A program made the position numbers and the translations under genes. Of a stretch of DNA of 48,074 nucleotides, positions 9,061 through 18,522 are shown in pieces; position 1 is the first letter of the stretch, and every line of letters begins with the position of its first letter. Where the stretch lies: NCBI GenBank assembly GCA_964589845.1, contig CAZPUT010000001.1, positions 1 to 48,074 on the forward strand, in the 5' to 3' direction. The notes beneath the pieces were generated by a model, which made no database searches, had not been told where the DNA came from, and was given only the letters and a program-made list of their open reading frames with translations. This DNA is from an uncultured Candidatus Nitrotoga sp. Lineage in GTDB: Bacteria > Pseudomonadota > Gammaproteobacteria > Burkholderiales > Gallionellaceae.

Positions 9061-11313
9061 TTATTTAACTTGCTTATCCATTTGTATGGGTATGTCACCA
9101 GGCTTCCCAACTTTTTCCAGAAGCTCATTCAATCCAGCAGGCTTCTTTGGCATGTCATTAAACTTTCCGATATTTTCAAAAATATCACCTAAACCGCTGA
9201 GTTTTTTTCGGAATTCTTCGCTGACATCATGCGCCTGTTGATTATTAGCCACCAAACGCGGTGTTATCATAAGAACCAGCTCGGTGCGGGTATTAGCAAA
9301 AGACTGAGTGCCGAACAAGCCACCGATAAATGGTATTTTCGATAGGTATGGCAATCCGCTGCTTGCTGTTGTTTTGTTATCCGTAATTAACCCACCCAAT
9401 ACCATGGTTTCTCCGGATTTCACCACTACCGTGGTTTTTACCGCGCGCTTACTGATGGTAGGCGAATTAATCGAAGATGTTGTGGTAATGGACGCCGCAC
9501 TGACCTCTTGATTGATATCCATCGTAACTTGGCCACCGGCATTGATACGCGGCGTTACCGTTAACAGAATTCCGGTATCAATATACTGAATTGAAGCAAT
9601 CAGCCCTGTGGCGGTGCCTAAAACTGATTGGGTTTGATTGACGATTGGCACCCGATCTCCGACCTGAATCTTGGCGGTCTGGTTGTCGGTGACCATAATA
9701 TGCGGCGAGGAAATCACCTTAACGCGCGAATCGGTTGCCAACAAATTGAGTGCAGCGGCCACCCCTCCTGCCACATTGGAATTACTCAGCATGTAGGAAA
9801 AACCAGGCGCTAATGCACTAATGCCAGGGTCACCCGTATCGAGCTTGCCGCTGCCGCGCCTTCCATTATTAAAGGCCCATTCCAGGCCAAATTTCAAATC
9901 ACCTGTTAGCGTTACCTCAGCGATGGTGACATCAATTAAAACCTGTCGCGGTGGTACATCAAGCTTGCGAATGGCGGTTTCTATTTTTTCGTAATTGGTC
10001 GGCGAGGCCAGAATCAACAGCGCATTATTATCCTTGTCGGCGAGCACACGTACATCTCCCTTAACCGCGACACTATCGCCAGCAGCCGCTTGCTGTTCCG
10101 GGGTTGCATCCGCAGGAAGTTCTGTCGACTTTACTTCCGCCGGAGCCAGGCCAGGGGCAAGCGCGGGCGGGAGCGTAGTTGGAACTGTTGACTTGCTGAA
10201 TACATTATTGAGCAATGTCGCCAGTTTCTCAGCCAATCCATTCTGTACTTGATAAACGAACAAGCGCATGCCGCCAGCAGTTCCGCCGGTGTGATCCAAA
10301 CGATCAATCCAGATTTTTGCCTGCTCCAGATACTTGGGTTGCTGCGTGATCACCAGAATGGCATTAAGGCGCTCAATAGGTACCAGCTTCACAACTCCGG
10401 CTAACGGGCTTAGCGCCTGAGCGCCAAAAATTTTGTTGAGGTCAGCCACGGCAGTCTTCGCGTCCACACTTTGCAACGTGAACAAGGCGACCGACATTCC
10501 AGTCAACCAATCCACATCGAACATGGCGATGGTATCCTGCAAATGTCGTAATTCGCGCTCGGTGCCGGAAAGAATAATCAGGTTGCGTGCTTCATCAATA
10601 CGCACGGCATTCGCTTCAGTAACAAATGGTTCAAGAATCTTTACCATTTCCTTGGCAGCGATGAATTTCAGCGGCGCGATCTGAACGCTGTAACCGCGGC
10701 CGCCTTGCAATACTATCTTACCGTCTCCCAATTGTGGCGTGATCGAGCCGCGCGTGGCAGTGGCAGCCGGCACCACTTTGTAAATGCCCTCTTCCCTGAT
10801 GATCGCTGCACCATTCATGCGCAACATGGTTTCCAGTGTCGGCAACAAATCTTTTCTCTGAAGGGGGCTGCTCGTATGTAAGTTGATTACTCCTTGCACC
10901 TTGGGATCAATGATGTAAGTTTCATTTAATATATCGCCGACAATTGCTTTGACTACCTCGCGCAAGTCTGCACCCTCGAAATTGAGCATCATTTCGTCTC
11001 CTGCAGCTGGCTTGGCCGCGCCTGCTACTGGCGCCGGCCCTTTGACAAATACTCCAGTGCCGGGATACAGCTTGACCTTTTCTGAACCATCGACGACGGC
11101 AGGTTTCTCTTCTATTTTATGCTTGGTCTCGGCATCGCTAATGTTCCGCGTAATAAAATGTGGCTCCACAATCCCTTCGCTTTTCTTTTCATCGCTTTGT
11201 TTCTCATCGCTCCTCTTTACTTCGAACGCTTTGAAAAAAGCAGCACACCCTCCCATCAAAGGGAGCGTGATCATAATCAATATTAAACGCAGGTAAGTTT
11301 TATTCATGCCCAT
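9061..11313 (-). CDS. gspD: Type II secretion secretin GspD (probable lipoprotein)
   Basis: N0 domain LNFEGADLREVVKAIVGDIL, N domains, and secretin core QVLIDVTIAEV...SGLPYLSKIPFIGGLFG...RTELVLMITP. Lipobox-like LMGGC. Confidence 0.95.
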   Translation of the reverse strand: MGMNKTYLRLILIMITLPLMGGCAAFFKAFEVKRSDEKQSDEKKSEGIVEPHFITRNISDAETKHKIEEKPAVVDGSEKVKLYPGTGVFVKGPAPVAGAAKPAAGDEMMLNFEGADLREVVKAIVGDILNETYIIDPKVQGVINLHTSSPLQRKDLLPTLETMLRMNGAAIIREEGIYKVVPAATATRGSITPQLGDGKIVLQGGRGYSVQIAPLKFIAAKEMVKILEPFVTEANAVRIDEARNLIILSGTERELRHLQDTIAMFDVDWLTGMSVALFTLQSVDAKTAVADLNKIFGAQALSPLAGVVKLVPIERLNAILVITQQPKYLEQAKIWIDRLDHTGGTAGGMRLFVYQVQNGLAEKLATLLNNVFSKSTVPTTLPPALAPGLAPAEVKSTELPADATPEQQAAAGDSVAVKGDVRVLADKDNNALLILASPTNYEKIETAIRKLDVPPRQVLIDVTIAEVTLTGDLKFGLEWAFNNGRRGSGKLDTGDPGISALAPGFSYMLSNSNVAGGVAAALNLLATDSRVKVISSPHIMVTDNQTAKIQVGDRVPIVNQTQSVLGTATGLIASIQYIDTGILLTVTPRINAGGQVTMDINQEVSAASITTTSSINSPTISKRAVKTTVVVKSGETMVLGGLITDNKTTASSGLPYLSKIPFIGGLFGTQSFANTRTELVLMITPRLVANNQQAHDVSEEFRKKLSGLGDIFENIGKFNDMPKKPAGLNELLEKVGKPGDIPIQMDKQVK

Positions 11314-11421
11314 TTTCTTTTATTTGTAATCGACTCAGCGCAAATTCACACTCAATACATAATATTTTTCTTTTTGATATGTTTTATTATGTTGATAATA
11401 TCCATTTTTTTAGCTAGCTAG

Positions 11422-12084
11422 CTACCAAACAATTGGTTTTTTACCATTCTTTTCTAAGAACGCATTGGTTTTGCTGAAATGATTTTGCCCGAAGAATCCT
11501 CTTGAAGCAGATAATGGGGAAGGATGAGCTGACTCCACAACAAAATGTTTTTTTCTATTGATATAGTTTGCTTTCTTTTGGGCATAAGCTCCCCATAAAA
11601 TAAAAACCAGATTTTCTTTATGATCCGATAGTTTTTTTATTACTGCATCTGTGAAAATTTCCCATCCCTTGTTTTGGTGACTGCCGGCCTCATTTGCTCT
11701 TACAGTTAGCGTTGCATTAAGCATTAATGCACCCTGTTGAGCCCAATTTATCAAATTTCCATTAATTGGAATTTCCTTTCCAATATCCAGCTTTAATTCC
11801 TTAAAGATATTTAGCAAGGAAGGTGGTTTTGGAATTCCATCCGCCACAGAAAAACATAACCCATGGGCTTGCGCGGGACCATGGTAAGGATCTTGCCCAA
11901 TAATGACAACCTTCGTTTTTTCGAACGGACAATTGTCAAAAGCATTAAATATTTGCTTTTCAGGAGGAAAAATAATATGGCTCTTGTATTCAGATTTTAC
12001 AAATTGAATGAGCTGCAAAAAGTACTCCTTAGCAAATTCATCAGCTAATTGAGACTTCCAGGAATCTTCAATGTTAATTTCCAT
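11422..12084 (-). CDS. ung: Uracil-DNA glycosylase (family 1)
   Basis: Motifs GQDPYH, PPSLLNIFKE, LNATLTV and HPSPLS. Likely start MEINIEDSWK at 12084 (the ORF track extends it to 12108). Confidence 0.95.
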   Translation of the reverse strand: MEINIEDSWKSQLADEFAKEYFLQLIQFVKSEYKSHIIFPPEKQIFNAFDNCPFEKTKVVIIGQDPYHGPAQAHGLCFSVADGIPKPPSLLNIFKELKLDIGKEIPINGNLINWAQQGALMLNATLTVRANEAGSHQNKGWEIFTDAVIKKLSDHKENLVFILWGAYAQKKANYINRKKHFVVESAHPSPLSASRGFFGQNHFSKTNAFLEKNGKKPIVW

Positions 12085-12303
12085 TACATTATCAGTTTGA
12101 AACAACATTTAGCTTACCAAATGAAATTGCAGGTCCAGTTTTTTCGTTTTTAGCAATGCGCCCATCCTTCGGCACCCAGAAAAAGCTCAGGACGAACTGG
12201 TTTTTAGATGATTATTTCTTGTTGTTCATCTTCTTGATGTTCATTTTGCACTTATCGAAAGGATCCCCACTACGAGTCACATAAAGTCATAATAATTTGT
12301 TCG

Positions 12304-13038
12304 TTATTCAGGCGGTTGTTGGCGCAATGCACGGCGGCGTTCAAAAACAGACCGGGGGTCAGCAACGCTCTCTATCGGGGCCGTAACTGGTGCACTAGGC
12401 AGTGGCACAACCGGTGCCGCAAGTTGCGTTGGCACACCTGGGCTACTAGACATTCCCGGCTGACTCGGTCCTGTCTTGATTCTTAGAATCAGCTCCTCGC
12501 GCTCATCGCCCTGTTTGAAGGTAATTTTATCACGCTCCAATTTCTCAATTTGCATGCCGTTTATTTCTTGGCCCAGCTCGACACGTACCATCTTGCGGGT
12601 GGTAACTTCACGCAACAGCGCAATATTTTTGTCCTTGGTAATAATGATGCCGTCCAAAATAAACTGCCCTTTGCGCATGATTGGCTTGGGAGGCTCTACC
12701 GGTACAGGAATGGGTGGCGGGGAAGGCGGCAAGTGGCGAGTAGCTGCGGACGATGCCGAGCGCTGATGAAAAGCTAATTTAGGTGGCAGCGGGCGGCGGC
12801 TTGATACAAATAGTGGCCGTGCCAATATCTCTGAATAGGATTGGTTCAGTGACAGTAAAGCGAATTCTGGCTGCAATGGCAGCACTGCCGGCCTGATTTT
12901 TTTCGGCTTTGGCTGAGGCAGGGGCACATTGACTCGGTTACCCCAACCAAGTTCGGCGCCTATCGTCCAGATCAGCAACAAGATCATCACCAACAATAAT
13001 ATGTTCGTGAAATAGCGAGATTCGAAGGGCAATTTCAT
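12304..13038 (-). CDS. T2SS inner-membrane protein, XpsN/GspC-like
   Basis: Lies between gspM and gspD as in the Xanthomonas xps order. N-terminal TM, RPLFVSSRRP motif, Pro-rich linker and HR-type domain (LDGIIIT...ALLRE...GQEINGMQI). Confidence 0.7.
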   Translation of the reverse strand: MKLPFESRYFTNILLLVMILLLIWTIGAELGWGNRVNVPLPQPKPKKIRPAVLPLQPEFALLSLNQSYSEILARPLFVSSRRPLPPKLAFHQRSASSAATRHLPPSPPPIPVPVEPPKPIMRKGQFILDGIIITKDKNIALLREVTTRKMVRVELGQEINGMQIEKLERDKITFKQGDEREELILRIKTGPSQPGMSSSPGVPTQLAAPVVPLPSAPVTAPIESVADPRSVFERRRALRQQPPE

Positions 13039-13613
13039 TTTCTATCCGCTACCAATGCATAGCCAGATACGTCGAACTGCGCTATCAGTTCCGACTCTGT
13101 CATGGGTGCGCCTTTGCTCAAAGCATTGGCCTGCGAGCGTATGCTGACATTATCAAGCAGCAAATAGGGCTGCACTGTTTCTACGGCATAAAGAATTTTT
13201 CTCAGCGTGGACATGTTGCTGATGAATTGGATATTGACCGTAACACGGCGATAACCGCCGTCATCCTTGAATGGCACCACCTGCATACTGACCAGCTTGC
13301 CGCCATTGGCCTCGATCAGACTTTTTGCGGTTTCCTGAATTTCCGAGGCGGCCAATGCGGCGCCAGTGTTTCTGAGGAAATGCTGACGGCCATTTTTTTT
13401 CTTCACTTGATCGAGGGCCGACTGGACTTCGGCATGGGTTGCTACAACGTGCCGGTAACGCCCCAAATAATCGGCCAGGCTATCCAGCGACTGATCGTAA
13501 TGTCGATGCAGCATCTTAATTGGGATGAACAACAGCAAAATGCCAATAGTCAGGAATAAAATTAACAATCCAATGGCCAGGCTACGACTTTGATTTTTAC
13601 TGAGGGCGCGCAT
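13035..13613 (-). CDS. gspM: T2SS protein GspM
   Basis: TM helix, coiled coil and ferredoxin-like C-terminal domain (ILYAVETVQPYLLLDNVSI). Overlaps both neighbours. Confidence 0.85.
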   Translation of the reverse strand: MRALSKNQSRSLAIGLLILFLTIGILLLFIPIKMLHRHYDQSLDSLADYLGRYRHVVATHAEVQSALDQVKKKNGRQHFLRNTGAALAASEIQETAKSLIEANGGKLVSMQVVPFKDDGGYRRVTVNIQFISNMSTLRKILYAVETVQPYLLLDNVSIRSQANALSKGAPMTESELIAQFDVSGYALVADRK

Positions 13614-14992
13614 CAGGGTTTAGCCTCTGGATAGGGCGCCGCTTTTATTGCCTCTTTTTTAACTAGCGTATTCGAAGCGGGCAGCGCTGGCTTGATGGCT
13701 GGGACTCGAAGCGGCAATGGCGAATCAAACTTCTCCGCTTCAATCTTGTTGGACTCAGATATAGCCTGCACTGACTTACTGGTGCCGTTATCGGGCTTGC
13801 CTGGTTCTGGCTTGCCCGCAGAGGATAGTGGTTGCAGTGCAGATTGTCCGGGCTCTGACGCTACGATTCCGGCAGTCGGCACTGTCTTTATTTCTGCCAC
13901 CAGATGATAACGCTCGCTGTTTGGCATATTCCCCTTGGTCAGCGGCGAGCGAAAGTTGGCGTCATGCAAAATTCTGGTGCTCTCAATCAAGGCGATCAAT
14001 TTCGACGAAGAGCCGGTTTCCCCCTGGATTTGCAGTTCTTTTCCTTTGAGATTGAATTGTTGCACCCAGGTATCGTCCGGCAATAGACGAGACAACTCGT
14101 CCAGCAGTATTACTAGGGGCGGGACTGCCTGCTTTTTTTCCAGCATGAAATTATATTCTGCGGCTAGCCTCTCCTGCTCGCGCCGCAACACGTCAGTATC
14201 TTTTGCTTGCTGCTTGGCGCTGTCAACTATCGGCAGCAGGGCAGTTACGGCTTGTCGCTTCTGCCAGATCGGGATGGATATGGCAGCCATTGCCAGGATC
14301 AGCGTTAACAGTAATAACCCAGGATTGATTCCGCGCAGCTTGGAAGGTTGGGTAGAGTTGCGCTCGGACGGCATCAGATTGATGGCATCGCCGTTCGGCA
14401 CAGCAAAGGCAACATATGCAGCATTGACCGACGCACCCCAACGCTCCAGCAGATTAAGTGAACCATCCATCTCTGAGCGCGGTACAACCACCAGCTTGAC
14501 GGCAAGCCGATTTTTTTGATTGTCCACACGCAACACACGAAAATCGAAATAGACTTGTTCAGCTTTGAATGGGGTATGACGATCCATTTCGAAACCTAGC
14601 ACTTGACGCAGATTTTTGGCTGCCGCCAGCGGCAGTTCGATCTGTTTGACTAGGCATTGAGTATCCGTAAGCCACAACGCAACTTGCTCATCGTGTTCAT
14701 GTAGCTTGCTAAAAAGTGCCTGAAAAGTAATGCCTTGGGAATCACGGTCACCAGATTGCCTATCGATTCGACCCTGCTCGGTCAAGCTGCCTTGCACCCA
14801 GCGTTGCAATACAACGGCTTGCGGAGTCACTTCTATTAGTAGTCCGTTAGCGGCGTTTGTACTGAACTGCCGCAACCATTGCGGCACGAGCGCAATGAGT
14901 TCGCCCGACCACCAACGCCCAAAGCGCCCAAGCGGGGAATTTTTGTCAAAAGTAAAGCGCGGCTGGCGTGCAGCTTGAATTTTATTTGTCAT
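13613..14992 (-). CDS. gspL: T2SS protein GspL (PilN-like periplasmic domain)
   Basis: Motifs WWSGELIALVP, LPLAAAKNLRQVLGFEMDRHTPF, a TM helix, and LDELSRLLPDDTWV. Low-complexity C-terminal tail. Confidence 0.85.
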   Translation of the reverse strand: MTNKIQAARQPRFTFDKNSPLGRFGRWWSGELIALVPQWLRQFSTNAANGLLIEVTPQAVVLQRWVQGSLTEQGRIDRQSGDRDSQGITFQALFSKLHEHDEQVALWLTDTQCLVKQIELPLAAAKNLRQVLGFEMDRHTPFKAEQVYFDFRVLRVDNQKNRLAVKLVVVPRSEMDGSLNLLERWGASVNAAYVAFAVPNGDAINLMPSERNSTQPSKLRGINPGLLLLTLILAMAAISIPIWQKRQAVTALLPIVDSAKQQAKDTDVLRREQERLAAEYNFMLEKKQAVPPLVILLDELSRLLPDDTWVQQFNLKGKELQIQGETGSSSKLIALIESTRILHDANFRSPLTKGNMPNSERYHLVAEIKTVPTAGIVASEPGQSALQPLSSAGKPEPGKPDNGTSKSVQAISESNKIEAEKFDSPLPLRVPAIKPALPASNTLVKKEAIKAAPYPEAKP

Positions 14993-15354
14993 CTAAAACT
15001 GAAGTACACATGTGACGTTCCTCTCATTCTGGCGAAGAGGGGCTTAAGAGTAATGGGTTCTGCCCGAGCTACAGAAGTAGTGCAGGATAATTAATTGTTA
15101 CTATAACTCCCTCAGTCTTTAATCAGTATCTGGTTATACCAAGGTGTAACCATGAAGACATGGATACGCAACGACGCATCCAAAAGATATTGTTAGCCAA
15201 TATGTTAATTATCGTTAAGTTTTACCAAAACTTTATGCTCGTCACAAAAAAAATTAAAATAATACGCATATCAGAGCATGGTCATCTGTGTTTTTCGTCT
15301 GCAATATGGCGATTGCGAGATTCCTTTGGAAAGAGGATAAATCGCATGCAATCC

Positions 15355-16290
15355 TTACTTTATAGCCGCTGGCTCCCCAACGATCAGCTTTGGAGTCGCT
15401 TCCCCTTCCTTCCAGGAAAAAAAAACGAACTTGCGAACGGCGCCTTGATCAATTTTTACCACAGTTTCACGTATGAACACTGTACCATCTGGCAATGCCG
15501 CTTCGGCACGAACACTGTACACGGAACCGTCGTCACCCGCTAAGGCAGCGGCAGCTGGCGCAAACGGCGGTGGCGGTAAATTTTTCCCCAAGGCCTCCTG
15601 ACGCGCTTCAAGATAAGCGTCAACCAGCGCAACATTAGCGCCGGGTAGTGCTAGTAAAACCTTTCTTGGTGCAATGGCTGCATTTATTCCTGCCTTATGT
15701 GAATCTACAGTCAGTGCATCTGCCAGATTAGCGTACAAGTCCGGTGTCATACCCAATACCCGCTGCAATTCATTGACCGTTTCAAATGGTGCATTAGCCG
15801 GGCGGTATTTCAACCCGGCAGCTTTATATTCCGCAGCCTCGGCACCTTTAGGACGCGGCAAATCATCGCCGTCGCGCCAATCTACAATAGCATCCAGCAG
15901 GACATTGCTTTCTTCATCGGTAAGCCCGACACTTTTTAACAAGCCCTTCAGCAAATCGTCTGACGCACTGTTAATATCAATTTTACCGGACACATCCAGG
16001 AGCGTGATGTTGAGCTTGGCACCCCCGAATTCCCACTGATGGGGCACGCCATCGCCCTTCCATCGCTGCAGATCGCTGGCCGGTTTGAACATTTCGTAGA
16101 ACGCACGCTGCATGCCACCATCAGCCAGCGCCTGGGCGCGTGCTGCAGCTGCCAAGTTCTGCGCCAGCAACGTATCAGTACGCATGCTGAAAGCGAAACT
16201 GGCAGCAATCACCGTCAACAGTGTGGTTGCCCACAACACCAACACCAATGCAATACCATGTTGATGTTTCTTGTTGATCACGGCCTTCAT
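15355..16290 (-). CDS. gspK: T2SS minor pseudopilin GspK
   Basis: GIALVLVLW prepilin-like start lacking E5, plus GKIDIN, AIVDWRDGDD and FETVNELQRVLG. Confidence 0.9.
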   Translation of the reverse strand: MKAVINKKHQHGIALVLVLWATTLLTVIAASFAFSMRTDTLLAQNLAAAARAQALADGGMQRAFYEMFKPASDLQRWKGDGVPHQWEFGGAKLNITLLDVSGKIDINSASDDLLKGLLKSVGLTDEESNVLLDAIVDWRDGDDLPRPKGAEAAEYKAAGLKYRPANAPFETVNELQRVLGMTPDLYANLADALTVDSHKAGINAAIAPRKVLLALPGANVALVDAYLEARQEALGKNLPPPPFAPAAAALAGDDGSVYSVRAEAALPDGTVFIRETVVKIDQGAVRKFVFFSWKEGEATPKLIVGEPAAIK

Positions 16291-16964
16291 TCACTCACGC
16301 ATCGATTGGTAGAGCTGTCCCACACACAGCCAGTATCAGAACCGATCAACGGTGCCACCACTAAATCCGGCCAAACGCGACCATTACTGAACTTGACCCG
16401 AACTCGGATCAGGTAAGGTAACCGCTGCTGACTATCCCGATTTCCCCACTGATCCTGCCATTGCGGTTCGGCATCTTTGGTTTCAGCACCAAAATAGGCA
16501 AAGCTTAATTCCTCCACATGATCCGCCAGGACAATTTTTTCGGCACCCTCCAATGCGGTAAAATCAATACTATCTGCCTCTGGAATAACGCGCCTCATTA
16601 CCAGTTGGCCAACATCATTATCCTGCACCAGCTCCAGGCTAATAAGAAACAGACCTCCCGTACCTAATCGCACGGCAATCGGAGCCACCAGCTTGATACT
16701 GTCTGGCTGACCGACGAATGCCAGATTCATATCTGCTTTTTTCTTCCAGTGGAATGGCGTTACCTGGCTTAATTCACGCCGCAAAAATCCTTGCAGCAAA
16801 GCCAAATGTGTCGAATTTTCAGTACGTATCTCGCCGGCATCCCAGCTGCGAGCGCCTAGGCGCATGCCACCAAACAACAAGGCCAGGATAAAACCGAGCA
16901 GCGACATGGCGATTAACAGTTCCAGCAAGGTGAAGCCGGCAACTCCATGTTTGTTTAAGTTCAC
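16287..16964 (-). CDS. gspJ: T2SS minor pseudopilin GspJ
   Basis: GFTLLELLIA N-methylation motif, LPYLIRV motif and operon position. Confidence 0.85.
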   Translation of the reverse strand: MNLNKHGVAGFTLLELLIAMSLLGFILALLFGGMRLGARSWDAGEIRTENSTHLALLQGFLRRELSQVTPFHWKKKADMNLAFVGQPDSIKLVAPIAVRLGTGGLFLISLELVQDNDVGQLVMRRVIPEADSIDFTALEGAEKIVLADHVEELSFAYFGAETKDAEPQWQDQWGNRDSQQRLPYLIRVRVKFSNGRVWPDLVVAPLIGSDTGCVWDSSTNRCVSE

Positions 16965-17380
16965 AGCGCCACTCCATTCACCAGTCGCAGCGTTTTAAGG
17001 CTGGCCGAACGCGGCTGGTCGCTGCCGCCCCATAGCACTTGGATTTCCACTTCCAGCAGTGACACAGGCAAAATTGGCACTGGCAATCCAGTCTGGTCGC
17101 TAGCCTGTGCCGGAGTCACCAGGTATGGTCGAATGCTGATTTGCCAGCGGTAAACGGCATTAAATTCGCCATTGCTCTCGCTTACTTTCAGTGGCGTCTC
17201 GATGCCAACCGATGCTAACTTGCTTTGACCCAGCAACACTGCTTGCTGGTACTCGTCAACACGACTGGCATTACGCAAGCCACCAGAAAAAATCTGCATC
17301 AATACGCCCAATATCAGTGCCAGAATTACAAATGCCACCAGCACTTCAAGCAAAGAAAAGCCACGACTGAATTTATACAT
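16961..17380 (-). CDS. gspI: T2SS minor pseudopilin GspI
   Basis: GFSLLEVLVAF motif and operon position. Likely ATG start at 17380. Confidence 0.85.
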   Translation of the reverse strand: MYKFSRGFSLLEVLVAFVILALILGVLMQIFSGGLRNASRVDEYQQAVLLGQSKLASVGIETPLKVSESNGEFNAVYRWQISIRPYLVTPAQASDQTGLPVPILPVSLLEVEIQVLWGGSDQPRSASLKTLRLVNGVAL

Positions 17381-17509
17381 ACCTAAGAGGATTGTCAGCA
17401 AATAACCTGAACATTTTCGCGGGTTTTAACTGATGCAATGTCATATTAACTACCACTTGCAATATATACAGCCAAAATTTCCAATAATGTCCCGGTTCAC
17501 ATACAACTC

Positions 17510-17965
17510 TTAATTGAGGATGGTGACTTGGCCGGTCAGCCAATCGATATTAATATCGTATTTGCGGACACCAGATTTTACCGTTATACGACCGCCAGTG
17601 GAGCTTCCATCCGGGTAAAAACGGATCGCGCCTACTTTGTCGGGTAGCAGTTCGGATTGCGCTGTGAATAGGCTGATGTCCACTTTTGCGGGTAAGGCGT
17701 AGCGGCGTTGATCGCCACTTACCTTGAAATTTCGCTTTTCAACATCCAGTGTCAATGTCGATTCTTCTTTTCGCGTGACTGCTTGGCTGCGCGCTTGGCG
17801 TAAGCCAGCCGCCAGTTGACGCGCCGCGCCTTTTAGTTCGGTGCCGGGTAGGCCGGCAGAGATCATCGGCACCGCCAAGGCATATACCATCGCCATTAGC
17901 ATCAGCACTACCAGTAATTCAAGCAGGGTAAAACCGGCGATAGAATGCGACTTTATTCGCCCCAA
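17510..17965 (-). CDS. gspH: T2SS minor pseudopilin GspH
   Basis: GFTLLELLVV motif and IRFYPDGSSTGG. Confidence 0.85.
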   Translation of the reverse strand: MGRIKSHSIAGFTLLELLVVLMLMAMVYALAVPMISAGLPGTELKGAARQLAAGLRQARSQAVTRKEESTLTLDVEKRNFKVSGDQRRYALPAKVDISLFTAQSELLPDKVGAIRFYPDGSSTGGRITVKSGVRKYDINIDWLTGQVTILN

Positions 17966-18393
17966 TTATTGATATCCTTGTTTTCGCCCTCGCCGCCTTC
18001 ACGGTTATCAAGACCAAGTGAACTGATATCAAAATCTTTATTGTGCTGTCCCGGCGAAGCGTAATGGTAATCGTTGCCCCACGGATCTTTTGGCACCATC
18101 TTCGATCCCTTAATATAAGGGCCGTTCCAACCGGTCACACCAGTTGGTGCCTCGATCAATGCCGACAAACCTTCCTGTGAGCTAGGATAGCGTCCTACTT
18201 CCAGCTTGAACAATTCCAGGCTTTGTCCAAATTGCTCTATTTGCAGCTTACCCGTTTTGCTTTTCGATGTGCCAAGATAATCCATTACCTTTGGCCCCAC
18301 CAAACCAGCCAGTAGACCCAGAATTACCAGCACAACCAGCAACTCGAGCAAGGTAAATCCCCTTTCCCGCCGTACCTGATTCATCCTGTTCAT
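17953..18393 (-). CDS. gspG: T2SS major pseudopilin GspG
   Basis: GFTLLELLVVLVILGLLAGLVGP, GRYPSSQEGL, WNGPY and KDPWGNDYHY. ATG at 18393 after a GGAG RBS. Confidence 0.95.
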   Translation of the reverse strand: MNRMNQVRRERGFTLLELLVVLVILGLLAGLVGPKVMDYLGTSKSKTGKLQIEQFGQSLELFKLEVGRYPSSQEGLSALIEAPTGVTGWNGPYIKGSKMVPKDPWGNDYHYASPGQHNKDFDISSLGLDNREGGEGENKDINNWGE

Positions 18394-18522
18394 AATATCT
18401 CTCTCCAAAAATATACCACTGCTATTTCCCTATGTTGTCCATGCTTCCTGAACACATCATTAGCTTATGATGGAATCCAATAAGACCGAACACCGTCATG
18501 CAGTCGAACTCTCGATTTTTGA

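Noticed and set aside
15160-15543. 127-aa plus-strand ORF in the gspK-gspL gap
   Set aside because: It overlaps gspK antisense and has no recognisable motif.
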